Assembly: GCA_963822965.1 (NCBI GenBank)
Contig: CAWGJT010000005.1
Location: 1,120,001 to 1,184,000 of the forward strand
DNA length: 64,000 bases
Direction: 5' to 3'
From: an uncultured delta proteobacterium
GTDB taxonomy: Bacteria; Myxococcota_A; UBA9160; UBA4427
The notes beneath the pieces were generated by a model. It did no database searches, was not told where the DNA came from, and saw only the letters and a list, made by a program, of their open reading frames with translations. The position numbers and the translations under genes are program-made. Of this stretch, positions 30,094-39,445 are shown in pieces (position 1 is the stretch's first letter; the number at the start of each line of letters is the position of its first letter).

Positions 30094-30468
30094 ATGGACG
30101 TGATCGGGTACGTGACGCTCGGAACCAACGACATCGAACGCACGGCGAAGTTCTACGATGCGCTCTTCGAGTCCCTGGGCGCCAAGCGCCTCATGGACTT
30201 CGGCAGGTTCATCCTCTGGGGCAAATCGCTGAGCGAGCCCGGACTGGCCGCCGCCGCGCCCTACGACGGCAAGCCCGCCAGCGTCGGCAACGGCGTCATG
30301 GTGGCGCTCCGCATGGACTCGAAGGACGCCGTGGACGCCCTCTACGAGCGGGCCCTCGAGCTCGGCGGAAGCGACGAAGGCCCCCCCGGCCCCCGCGGAG
30401 ACGGCTTCTACGCCGGCTACTTCCGGGACGTGGACGGCAACAAGCTGAACGCCTTTTTCCTGGGCTAG
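30094..30468 (+). CDS. VOC/glyoxalase family protein
   Basis: IGYVTLGTND, SVGNGVMVAL, GGSDEGPPGPR, YFRDVDGNKL. Confidence 0.92.
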   Translation: MDVIGYVTLGTNDIERTAKFYDALFESLGAKRLMDFGRFILWGKSLSEPGLAAAAPYDGKPASVGNGVMVALRMDSKDAVDALYERALELGGSDEGPPGPRGDGFYAGYFRDVDGNKLNAFFLG

Positions 30469-30530
30469 ACGGCGCCGGCGGCTTCCTGGGCTAGACGGCG
30501 CCGGCGGCTTCCTGGGACAGCCGGCGCCGG
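30457..30530. repeat. 26-bp tandem repeat (2 exact copies + 1 degenerate) spanning the VOC stop codon
   Basis: TTCCTGGGCTAGACGGCGCCGGCGGC at 30457 and 30483; degenerate copy at 30509. Confidence 0.85.
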
Positions 30531-30598
30531 GTACAGGCCCTCAAGGGCCGGGAGTGTCCGGCCGATTCCGACGGGAGACCGACCGGAATGGAGCGCCC

Positions 30599-31252
30599 AT
30601 GGCCGAGCCTTCGATCAAGGGGACCATCTTCGGCCCCGTCGCGGAAGAGATCCAGGCTCTCGTGGCGAGCGGGCGCATCGGCGACGACGAGCTCGCCACG
30701 GCCCTCGAAGCGAAGGACATCGAGCTACTCGAAGCGAAGACGCTGGTCGCGTCCTGGTACCCGATCGACACCTACGCGCGCTATCTCGATCTGCTCTGCC
30801 GGAAGGAGGGCCGAGGCGACCCGCACTACTACGAGCAGCGCGGCTCCATGAGCGCCCGGCGCCTGATGGACGCCGGCCTCTATTCGCAGCTCGACCTCCT
30901 GGGCTCCATCGCCGACGAGCCCGAGCGCGTGGGCGAGGGGGCCGAGCAGCGGGCGCTCCGGGCCTACCGATCGAAGCTCGCCGTCGTCCTCTCTCTCGCC
31001 GGCAGCATCTACAACGTCGGCCGTTGGAAGGCGATCGACGACCCCGAGCACCCGGGGCGCGTGGCCATCGAGATCCAGGACGCGACGGCGTACAGCGACG
31101 GCATGGTTGGAGCCATCGTCGGCTTCCTGGACGAGTGCGCACGCGCCGTCAGCAGCAAGACCAAGAAGCTCTACCGCTACGAGCGATCCCGCCCCGACCG
31201 CATCGTCATCCGCATGCTCCGCGACCTGTCGACCGTGCGCCAGGAGCGCTAG
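30599..31252 (+). CDS. Hypothetical protein (possibly DUF2378/V4R-like), paralog of 38136..38754
   Basis: MAEPSIKG..SWYPIDTY..GSMSARRLMDAGLYSQL. Confidence 0.7.
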   Translation: MAEPSIKGTIFGPVAEEIQALVASGRIGDDELATALEAKDIELLEAKTLVASWYPIDTYARYLDLLCRKEGRGDPHYYEQRGSMSARRLMDAGLYSQLDLLGSIADEPERVGEGAEQRALRAYRSKLAVVLSLAGSIYNVGRWKAIDDPEHPGRVAIEIQDATAYSDGMVGAIVGFLDECARAVSSKTKKLYRYERSRPDRIVIRMLRDLSTVRQER

Positions 31253-31334
31253 AGCATTCGACGGCTCCCGCGGAATCGCGCTCCAGGAATCCGGCCGATG
31301 CGAGCCGGCAACGCGAACGGTTGGACTTCTCCGC

Positions 31335-31724
31335 ATGTCGATCCAGCAACGATTGGACAGCGAGCGAGACCTCACGGTCTTCACCGTCTCGGGCCCGCTG
31401 CTCTTCGAAGAGCTCCGTTCGACCCTCGAATCCGCATACGCGGAGCCGGACTACGCGACGCGCTCTCTCTTCGACATGCGCGACTGCGAACCGGGTGGTC
31501 TCTCTGCAGCACAGATCGAATCGCTGGCCGGTCTGATCGGCACGCGCCGGCCGGAGCGCGCCCCGTCGCACTGGGCGATCGTCACGAGGCACAAGGTCCA
31601 CTTCGGACTCTCGAGGATGTTCGAAACCTACGCGTCGAGCCTGCCGGTGGAGATCCGGGTCTTCCACGATCTCGAGGAGGCGCTCGACTGGCTGGGACGA
31701 GGCAGCCTGCACCGCAGCGGTTGA
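31335..31724 (+). CDS. SpoIIAA/STAS-SEC14-like small protein
   Basis: SLFDMR, WAIVT..FGLSRMF, IRVFHDLEEALDWL. Confidence 0.7.
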   Translation: MSIQQRLDSERDLTVFTVSGPLLFEELRSTLESAYAEPDYATRSLFDMRDCEPGGLSAAQIESLAGLIGTRRPERAPSHWAIVTRHKVHFGLSRMFETYASSLPVEIRVFHDLEEALDWLGRGSLHRSG

Positions 31725-31750
31725 CGCGGGAGTGCCCGCCCGAGGCGACA

Positions 31751-33025
31751 TCATCGATCGTCGCCCCCTCCGGCGCCCTTGCGGGGCCACAGCCAGGCGA
31801 GCAGGACGAGGCCGGGTACGGCGAGCCCCGTCGTCAGCACGAAGAAGCTCACCCAGTCGATCCGATCGGCGAGCCAGCCCGACCCCGAAGAGAGGACGGT
31901 GCGCCCGACCGCCATCAGCGACGTGAGGAGCGCGTACTGGGTGGCGCTCATGCCCTTCCGACACAGCGAGGAGAGGAATGCCACGAAGGCCGCGGAGGCG
32001 AGGCCTCCGGTGAAGCCGTCGGCTCCGATCGCCAGGGTCAGCATGCCGAGGTCGTGGCCCACGTGCGCCTGGGCGGCAAAGAGCAGGTTGGTCACGGCCT
32101 GGAGCACGCCGCCGGCGAGCAACGAGCGCCAGATGCCGATTCGCGCCACCAGCAGGCCGCCCGCCACCACGCCGGCCAGGTTGGCGACGATGCCGAACAC
32201 CTTGGTGACGCTCGCGATCTCGACGCCGCTGAAGCCGAGCTCGTCGAAGAAGGGCATCGACATGGTGCCCGCGATCGCATCGCCGAACTTGTAGAGGAGC
32301 GCGAACGCGATGATCGCGAACGCCTGCGGTCGTCCCAGCAGATCGCGCAGCGGCTCGAGGACGGACGCCGGCGTGACCGCGTCGTGCAGGGACGCGGGCG
32401 CGTCGGGCTCGGGCGCAATCGCCACACCGAGCACGCCGACGCCGACGCAGGCCGACAGCACCGCGAAGACCACGGGCCAGGACACGAAGTCCGACAGCGC
32501 CACCGCGCCCGCACCCGCCAGCAACAGCCCACCCCGATAGCCCACCTGCGTCACCGCAGCGCCGGCCCCCTGCTCGTGCTCGCGCAGCACCTCGATGCGG
32601 TAGGCATCGATCGCCACGTCCTGGGTGGCCGAGCAGAAGGCAACGAGCAAGGCGAGGGCGGCGGTCGCGAGGGGCGCCTGCGCGGGATCGGCGCCGCCGA
32701 GCCCGAGGATCGCGAGGGCGAGCGCCGCCTGGGACACGAGCGTCCATGCGCGCCGCCTCCCGAGCCGCCCCCCCAGCCAGGGCAGCCGCACCAGGTCGAG
32801 CGCCGGGGCCCACAGGAACTTGAGCGCGTAGGGCAGCCCGACCAACGCAAAGAGCCCGATCGCCGTCTTGTCGACGCCGCGCCTCGAGAGCCAGTACGAG
32901 AGGGTCGAGGTGGTGAGCAGCAGCGGCAGGCCGCTCGCGAACCCCATGAGCAGGATCGCGAGCATGCGACGGTCCGCGTAGATCGCGACGAGCGAGCGGC
33001 GCGGAGCGGGGTCGGGTGCTGTCAC
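31751..33025 (-). CDS. ampG: AmpG-family MFS muropeptide transporter
   Basis: GFASGLP, PYALKFLWAP, SATQDVAIDAYRIE, YKFGD, ATQYALLTS. Confidence 0.9.
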   Translation of the reverse strand: MTAPDPAPRRSLVAIYADRRMLAILLMGFASGLPLLLTTSTLSYWLSRRGVDKTAIGLFALVGLPYALKFLWAPALDLVRLPWLGGRLGRRRAWTLVSQAALALAILGLGGADPAQAPLATAALALLVAFCSATQDVAIDAYRIEVLREHEQGAGAAVTQVGYRGGLLLAGAGAVALSDFVSWPVVFAVLSACVGVGVLGVAIAPEPDAPASLHDAVTPASVLEPLRDLLGRPQAFAIIAFALLYKFGDAIAGTMSMPFFDELGFSGVEIASVTKVFGIVANLAGVVAGGLLVARIGIWRSLLAGGVLQAVTNLLFAAQAHVGHDLGMLTLAIGADGFTGGLASAAFVAFLSSLCRKGMSATQYALLTSLMAVGRTVLSSGSGWLADRIDWVSFFVLTTGLAVPGLVLLAWLWPRKGAGGGDDR

Positions 33026-33149
33026 GCGGTGTTTGTCGGCCAGACGCCGGGTGCGGTCAAGCCGATGACGAATGACGGCGCGAAACGGCGGCCACGCGGA
33101 ACCCGCGACCCGGTGGGACCCGACGACCCGTGTCCCAGGGACCGGGCGA

Positions 33150-33176
33150 GCCCTGATCCGTCATGCGGATCAGGGC
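33150..33176. terminator. 11-bp stem hairpin
   Basis: GCCCTGATCCG-TCATG-CGGATCAGGGC downstream of the VIT gene. Confidence 0.45.
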
Positions 33177-33359
33177 GCAACTCCCAATGCCTACCGAGTC
33201 GCTGCGTCTTGCTCGGTCCGTGTCGCGATCCGAGCCCGACGCCAGGACCTCATGGGAATGAGGTTGTCGCGCTCAGGCTGGTTCCGCCGTTCTCGCACGA
33301 TCCGCGAGGTCTGGCAGGGTCTGCGGCACGCAGGAAGCACACCGAATGACGCATTGGGA

Positions 33360-34106
33360 CTAGACGACCGCTCCGAACAATCGCCCGACTGCCGTCGTCA
33401 GACCCATTGCCAGCGCGCCCCAGAGGGTCACCCGGGCAGCCCCCACCCCGGCGCTGGCACCACCCGCTCGTGCAGCGATCGCACCGAGCAGCGCCAGGAA
33501 TACGAGTGACGTGCCGGCGACCGCGGGGATCACCGCGCTGATCGGACCCACGGCCGCCATCAGCAACGGCATCGCCGCCCCGATGGCGAAGGTGCCGGCC
33601 GAGGCGAGCGCCGCCTGGACGGGGCGCGCGGCGGACGATTCGGAGATTCCCAGCTCGTCTCGCGCGTGAGCCGCGAGGGAATCGTGCGCCATCATCTGCT
33701 CCGCGACACGGTCCGCCGTCTCGCGATCGACGCCGCGCTCGACGTAGATCGCGGCCAGCTCGTCGTGCTCGTACTTCGGGCTCTCCTCGAGCTCCGTCCG
33801 CTCGCGCTCGAGGTCCGCGTTCTCGGTGTCCTTCTGCGAGCTGACCGATACGTACTCGCCCGCAGCCATGGACATCGCGCCAGCGACCAGGCCGGCGATT
33901 CCAGCGGTCAACACGGCTCCCCGGCCAGCGTCCGCCGCAGCCACGCCGAGCACGAGGCTCGCAGTGGATACGATGCCGTCGTTGGCGCCGAGTACGGCGG
34001 CGCGAAGCCATCCCACGCGATGAGTGCGGTGGCTCTCGCGGTGTCTCATGCCGATCCTCCCGGGGCGCACCCGGCCCTCGCTCGCCTCTTCGGGCGTCGT
34101 GTCCAC
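33360..34106 (-). CDS. VIT1/CCC1 family Fe/Mn transporter (alternative start 34049)
   Basis: WLRAAVLGANDGIVS, AMSMAAGEYVSVSSQ, HARDELGI. Confidence 0.93.
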   Translation of the reverse strand: MDTTPEEASEGRVRPGRIGMRHRESHRTHRVGWLRAAVLGANDGIVSTASLVLGVAAADAGRGAVLTAGIAGLVAGAMSMAAGEYVSVSSQKDTENADLERERTELEESPKYEHDELAAIYVERGVDRETADRVAEQMMAHDSLAAHARDELGISESSAARPVQAALASAGTFAIGAAMPLLMAAVGPISAVIPAVAGTSLVFLALLGAIAARAGGASAGVGAARVTLWGALAMGLTTAVGRLFGAVV

Positions 34107-34191
34107 GAGGACCCAAGACAGGGCGACCGGATTCTACACATTGCACCGACGCGGCGGGCGGTCCGGCTTCCCTCCCTCTCCGAGGTGCGCG

Positions 34192-35337
34192 TCATGCGTC
34201 GCGGGAACCTTCGCGGCTCCTCCTCTCGCGCCGTCCGAGCCAGAAGAGCGCGGCGCCGAGGGGAAGGAACACGAGGTTCAGCCAGGCGGTGTAGTCCCAC
34301 GCGAAGTAGCTGCGCTCGTCGAAGGTCGCGACTGAAGGCGGCACGGGGACCAGGTCGAGCGCCACGAACAGACCGTCGACGACGAGCGCCACGATCACCA
34401 TGGAAAGGAGCAGGAGCCCCGCGTAGACAGCGGTCGCGCGCCAGCCGTAGTAGCGGCGGTAGACGAGCAGCATGGGGATCGTCACGAGATCGGCGAAGAT
34501 GAAGGCCACCACGCCGCCGAAGGAGATCCCGCCGGCCCAGAGAACGGCGGCCAGCGGGATATTGCCCACCGAGCAGACGAAGGACAGGATCGCGATCAAG
34601 GGCCCCACCACCGCGTTCTCGAGCGCGACCGCGAAGGCAGCGCCTCCGCCCGCCGACGTGCCGGGCGAGAGAAAGAGCGTGGACCACCAATGGGGAGGCA
34701 CCAGCGCAGCGAGGGAGCCGGCGATCGCGATGCCGATCGCGATGTCGCTCCCGACCATGCTCCAGTCCGCTGCGAAGTAGCGCGACGCGGCGCGAACGCC
34801 CTCGGCGCTGCCGAGCTTCGAGAGCGGCAGGGCCTCCTCACCGCCGCCATGGCCGCCGCCGTTCTCGGCCTCTTGCAGGCGCCGTCGCGCGGCCTCGAAG
34901 AGCTCGCGCGGAGCCGCGACCCGCAGCAGCAGCGACATGACGACGATCAGGAGAAGGCCGCCGACGAGCTCGGCCAGCACGAAGCGCCAGCCGAGGAGCA
35001 TCCAGATCACCAGTCCGATCTCGATCACGAGGTTGGTCGAGGCGAACAGGAAGGCCGTCGCGTTGACGAGGTGAGCGCCCTTCTGGAAGAGCGTCTTGCT
35101 CATCGCCGCGGCGGCGTACGAGCAGGACGAGGAGGCCGCGCCGGCCCCCGTCGCCAGGGCGATCGCGCGGAGCGAGGGCTCGCCGAGCTGATCCGCCACG
35201 CGCTCACGCGACACGAAGGCCTGGATGAACGCCGAGATCCCGAAGCCGAGCACCAGCCCCCAGGCGATCTTCCACGCCATGCCCGTCACGTGGAGCAGGA
35301 CGCTGGTGGCGGCGGCGAGGACGGTCGAGAGATCCAT
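34192..35337 (-). CDS. Permease (DUF318/ArsP_1 type), likely metal-related
   Basis: GAASSSCSYAA, ASTNLVIE, SFVCSVGNIPLA. Confidence 0.85.
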   Translation of the reverse strand: MDLSTVLAAATSVLLHVTGMAWKIAWGLVLGFGISAFIQAFVSRERVADQLGEPSLRAIALATGAGAASSSCSYAAAAMSKTLFQKGAHLVNATAFLFASTNLVIEIGLVIWMLLGWRFVLAELVGGLLLIVVMSLLLRVAAPRELFEAARRRLQEAENGGGHGGGEEALPLSKLGSAEGVRAASRYFAADWSMVGSDIAIGIAIAGSLAALVPPHWWSTLFLSPGTSAGGGAAFAVALENAVVGPLIAILSFVCSVGNIPLAAVLWAGGISFGGVVAFIFADLVTIPMLLVYRRYYGWRATAVYAGLLLLSMVIVALVVDGLFVALDLVPVPPSVATFDERSYFAWDYTAWLNLVFLPLGAALFWLGRRERRSREGSRDA

Positions 35338-35488
35338 GAGCAGTGAGACTCCTGCGCCCGCTCCGTGCAGGGTGAGCGAGCGGACGTGGTGAGGACGGAG
35401 GGCTCGAAACGCGTCCTTCCAGCCCGAGCGATTCGAAGCAGCGTGGCATTGCAACATAGATGCCGACCCCACCCGACGCTCACGGGTC

Positions 35489-36061
35489 TCAGCCGGGCCC
35501 GGGGCACACCGCACAGTCGCGGAGTTCCGAGCTCGCGGCGTTCATCGCTCGGCCGCGCGGGACATGCCGGAACGGACCATTCTCGGAGTGCAGCGTTCCG
35601 TCGCCGTCGACGCGACCCACGACGTTGCCGGCGGCGTCGTGCGCCTCGACGCCCCCCGGTACGGGTACGAGCCGCACCCGGTGCTCCTCGCCCGCCGCGT
35701 CGATCACCTGGATGTCGACGCTGCCGTCCGCGCGCTGGGTGGCGGTCGCCCGGGTGCCGTCGGCCGTGACCACGTCGTCCGCACCCTCTCGCAGCGCGAT
35801 CCGCGGCTTGTCGGTGATCGGGTTCGTGCCCGAGTGGAACTCGATCGAGTTGATGAGGAGGAGGTCGATCGCTCCGGCAATCTCGTAGACCGGAATGATG
35901 TAGAAGATCAGGAACACCAGCTCCCGAGCCCACTTGTTCTCGACGATCTTGAGATTGAGCTCCGTGACCTTCCCGACGAGGGCCATCTGGCCGATGCACC
36001 CCAGCTGGGAGAACGAGATCATCGAAGCGAGCAGAATCGCGGCGATCGAGCGGCGGAACAT
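35489..36061 (-). CDS. DUF3332-family lipoprotein
   Basis: LGCIGQMAL, NKWARELVF..IIPVYEI..DLLLINSIEFHSGTNPI. Confidence 0.8.
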   Translation of the reverse strand: MFRRSIAAILLASMISFSQLGCIGQMALVGKVTELNLKIVENKWARELVFLIFYIIPVYEIAGAIDLLLINSIEFHSGTNPITDKPRIALREGADDVVTADGTRATATQRADGSVDIQVIDAAGEEHRVRLVPVPGGVEAHDAAGNVVGRVDGDGTLHSENGPFRHVPRGRAMNAASSELRDCAVCPGPG

Positions 36062-36242
36062 GAGATCTCCTCCTGTCGGATTACGATCGTGGTCGGGCAG
36101 CCGGGGGCGGAGGCCTCAATCGTCCTGCACGACGTGCCAGCGCCTCCGAGCGGCGTCCAGGTTGTGGCACATGGGCGGGAGAGCAAGACGTGCTCAGGTG
36201 CGGCTGCGGCGACGGAATCAGGTGGTCGTCCGCGCGGTGCGA

Positions 36243-37241
36243 TCACGACAGGATTCGGTGAGTCCGCGCCCGATCCACTGCGTCAGCTCGATTGTGGACA
36301 CCGAGCTTCTTGTAGGCTCGTTCGGCCCGGCTCCGGGCCGCTCCTCGTGAGATCCCCAGCTTGTCGGCGATGAGCGCGAAGCTGAGCTTCGTCGGCAGGT
36401 AGTGCAATACGCGGATCTCTGCCGGGGTGACCGAGGCGGCCATGCGGGCGGCGGCCGCCTGCTCGTCGGCGGCCTTCACGGCCTCCCGATCCCGGGCGAC
36501 GGCTCCGTCCGCCGCTTCGTCCGCCGCCGCGCCTCTCGCCACGGCCTCTTCGACGGCGCGGTCCGCCGCCTCCCCGGCGGCTGCCATGATCAGGCCCGCA
36601 TTGCTGAGGGCGTCGGCGGCCTCGCTCGCCGCGGCCAGCTCCAGCAGGCCCGCCTCCGTCAGCACCCGGAGGGTCTCGGCGGCGGCCGCAGATCGGATCC
36701 GGGCCGAGGCGGCTATGGCCTCGTCGGCTTCGGCCAGCGCGACGACGGCCCGCAGTCTCGCTTCCGCTTCGGCAGCCTGCGCCGCGGCGATGGATCGAGC
36801 GGCCTGCTCCATTGCAGCGAGCTCGGCGTCGACGACCAGCCCGAGCTCCGGTGCGAGGAAGCCGGAACCCAACAGCGCGCCGCCCTCCTCGTCGATCACG
36901 TCGAAGAGCGCTCGGGCCCAGCGGTGCTCGACGAGCAGAAAGGCGACCGCCGTCCCGGGCGGCAAGTCCTGCGCCAGCCCCCACAGCTGGGCGGGTGCGC
37001 CATCGCCGGGCTCGGCTCCGGCGCCGCCGATCGGGAAGAGCCTTGCGACGAGCTCACCGAAGTCGTCGTCTCGAGCGAGGGACGACCGGACGACGCTGCC
37101 GTCCTGGCCCTTCTCCACGATCATCATGTCCAGCACGCGAACGCCGCTGCGGGCCTCGAGCCGATCGACGTCGGCGAGGATGCGAGCAACCGGATCGCCT
37201 GAGAGGAGGGACACAGCGAGCAGCTGAAACGGTCCGGACAT
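36243..37241 (-). CDS. DUF6325/DUF1269-like domain + Ala-rich helix + LuxR-type HTH protein
   Basis: VRVLDMMIVEKGQDG, LPPGTAVAFLLVEHRWA; C-terminal VTPAEIRVLHYLPTKLSFALIADKLGIS..YKKLGVHNRADAV. Confidence 0.75.
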   Translation of the reverse strand: MSGPFQLLAVSLLSGDPVARILADVDRLEARSGVRVLDMMIVEKGQDGSVVRSSLARDDDFGELVARLFPIGGAGAEPGDGAPAQLWGLAQDLPPGTAVAFLLVEHRWARALFDVIDEEGGALLGSGFLAPELGLVVDAELAAMEQAARSIAAAQAAEAEARLRAVVALAEADEAIAASARIRSAAAAETLRVLTEAGLLELAAASEAADALSNAGLIMAAAGEAADRAVEEAVARGAAADEAADGAVARDREAVKAADEQAAAARMAASVTPAEIRVLHYLPTKLSFALIADKLGISRGAARSRAERAYKKLGVHNRADAVDRARTHRILS

Positions 37242-37523
37242 CACGTCGACCCCTTCGGAACCGGTGTTCATGCGGATGATCCACGCGAACGCCACGAGGG
37301 CAACCCGAGTACGATCCCCGGAACCGATGAAATCGGCACCGCAATACCCGGACCCCGCCCCTCAGGACTCTGCCGACGGGTCGAAATAGTTCAAAGATCG
37401 CGGCACCGACTGGCGGCGCGAAACGGCACCCCCGCGGCACCAACGATCCGGCGAGCCCGCAAAGGACGAAGCCCCCTCGCGCGCTCCTCGTTTCCGGGAG
37501 CACGCGAAGGGGCTCGGATTTCC

Positions 37524-37600
37524 TGGCGCGCCCGGCACGACTCGAACGTGCGACCCTCAGCTCCGCAAGCTGATGCTCTATCCAACTGAGCTACGGGCGC
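37524..37600 (-). tRNA. tRNA-Arg(GCG)
   Basis: 77-nt cloverleaf GCGCCCG TA GCTC AGTTGGATA GAGC A TCAGC TTGCGGA GCTGA GGGTC GCACG TTCGAGT CGTGC CGGGCGC G CCA. Confidence 0.95.
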
Positions 37601-38135
37601 CCTGAAGCTGTTCCGTCCCGGCGTGGGCCGGGCTCTCGTGGGCGGCGGAGGCTAGCGCAAAGGCGCCGCCGCCGTCGCGCGCCGGGAAACTCTCGGGAGG
37701 ATGCCCCGGGGCTTCCTGTCCCTCACGAGCCGCTCCCGGGGCCGGAATCGCTGATCTACGGGAAAACACAGGGGAATCGGCCGGGACACCACCGGGGGCC
37801 CGGGTTGAGCCTCCGCTCCCATCGGACGCGACCCGAGATCCCGCGGGTCGGCGTGTACCGCCGGGGAGCCCCGAGCGGCATTCTCGCCCTCCGCGGGTGC
37901 GACGCGAGCCCCGCGCCTCCAGGCCGTCGGTCCCTCATTGGGTGACCCCAGGGCTCCGCCGGAATTCGCCCGACTCCTGGAGTGCCATCCGTCCGTTCAA
38001 GAGATGGGTAGAGGAGTCCGATCCTATGGCAGGACCTAACGACGACCCACGCACCCGGCGGTGGGCCGTGGACCCGGTCCGGCTCGACGAGGTCCCGAAG
38101 GCGTCGAGCGGCCCACCAGAGCGGGGAGGAAGAGC

Positions 38136-38754
38136 ATGGCGAAGCGACCTTCGATCAAGGGCTCCATCGTCGCGACCCACGCGGAGTATCTGGCGAAGTA
38201 CCTCGAGACCGCGCAGGTGGAGCCGCGCGTCCTGCAGCAGCGCTTCGAGCCGGGCGACCTCGACATCCTGCGCGCGCCCGTCGATGCCACCGCCTGGTAC
38301 GACATCGAGCTGTACCGGCGCATGATGGAGTTCATGCGCGACTACCCGGGCGACGGGAACAACGGCTACCTCATCGACGCCGGCCGGCGCTCGGCCGAGA
38401 ACCTGATCCGCGCGGGGATCCACCAGCAGTTCGAGTACCTGCGGCGTACCCAGCACGCCGAGCGCACCGACGCGCGAGAGCGCTTCATGGCCTTCGGCCG
38501 CGACCTGCGGTCTGCTGACGACCATCACCGGATCGATCCTGAACTTCCTGGATTCGAGCGTGATCGAGGACGAGGAGCACCCGAATCGCTGGGTGATCCA
38601 GCACAAGCAGGCCGCGGCCTACCCCGAGATCCTCTGCTGGACCAGCCAGGGCTTCTGCAACCGCATGGCCGAAGAGCACGGAAGCTCCGACCTCTGGTAC
38701 TGGGAGCGACCGGCTCGCGACGTGGTGCGGTTCCGGATGAACCGCGAGGTCTGA
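38136..38754 (+). CDS. Hypothetical protein, paralog of 30599..31252; frameshift near 38510
   Basis: MAKRPSIKG..AWYDIELY..GRRSAENLIRAGIHQQF; continues in a second frame as LLTTITGSILNF..VIEDEEHPNR..WERPARDVVRFRM. Confidence 0.7.
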
Positions 38755-38866
38755 CGGGCCCCTCCTCTCGATCCACGGGTACCGTGCCGATTCCAGTCGT
38801 GTGTCCAGAGCCGGTGAGCTATTCGTGGGGCATGCGTAGCGTCACTCTCTCGACCCGGCGCGCGAG

Positions 38867-39439
38867 ATGAAGCCCCGATCCCTTGCGGCGACGATCGTCG
38901 GCGTATCGACCCTGGCCGCGGGATTGGCGGCCTTCCTCGTCCCGCTTCAGCACGCGGGCCCCTACGGAATTCCAGGGCGCGGTCTGGCGGGCGGGCTCTC
39001 GTGTTTCGCGATCGCGGCGGTGCTGCTCGTGCGCGGCACACCGAAGATCGTGCGCACGCTTGCCCTGGTCGCCTCACCGTTCGTCCTGTTCCTCGCGCTC
39101 TACGGCGCCCTGGCCGAGCTCGAGGAGGTCGTCGTTCTCCACGCCGCGGATGCCGATCTGCGCCTGTGGATCGTCGATCACGACGGCACGGAGTGGGTCT
39201 CGATGTCGCGCTCGAAGGCGGATCGGCACGGACTCGACGGCGCGCGGCTCGAGCTGTTGCGCGCCGGGACGACTCGTTGCGTGATCCCTCGGATCGTCGA
39301 CGATCCGGTCGCCAATCGTCGGACCTTCGATCTGCGCCAGGAAAAGTACGCGGTGCAACGGTTGGGCGGCATGCTCGGGATGTTCGGCGACGGGCCGGGT
39401 CCCGAGACGATCACGCTGCGCCTCGACCCCTGCGAGTGA
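38867..39439 (+). CDS. Hypothetical membrane protein
   Basis: Three TM helices, then EVVVL..RLWIVDHDG..EKY..TLRLDP. Confidence 0.6.
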   Translation: MKPRSLAATIVGVSTLAAGLAAFLVPLQHAGPYGIPGRGLAGGLSCFAIAAVLLVRGTPKIVRTLALVASPFVLFLALYGALAELEEVVVLHAADADLRLWIVDHDGTEWVSMSRSKADRHGLDGARLELLRAGTTRCVIPRIVDDPVANRRTFDLRQEKYAVQRLGGMLGMFGDGPGPETITLRLDPCE

Positions 39440-39445
39440 GCGACG

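Noticed and set aside
37972..38018. Interrupted hairpin (GACTCCT..CCATC..GATGG..AGGAGTC) as an ncRNA or riboswitch
   Set aside because: No recognisable family motif, and such pairing is common at this GC content; an Rfam search would be needed.
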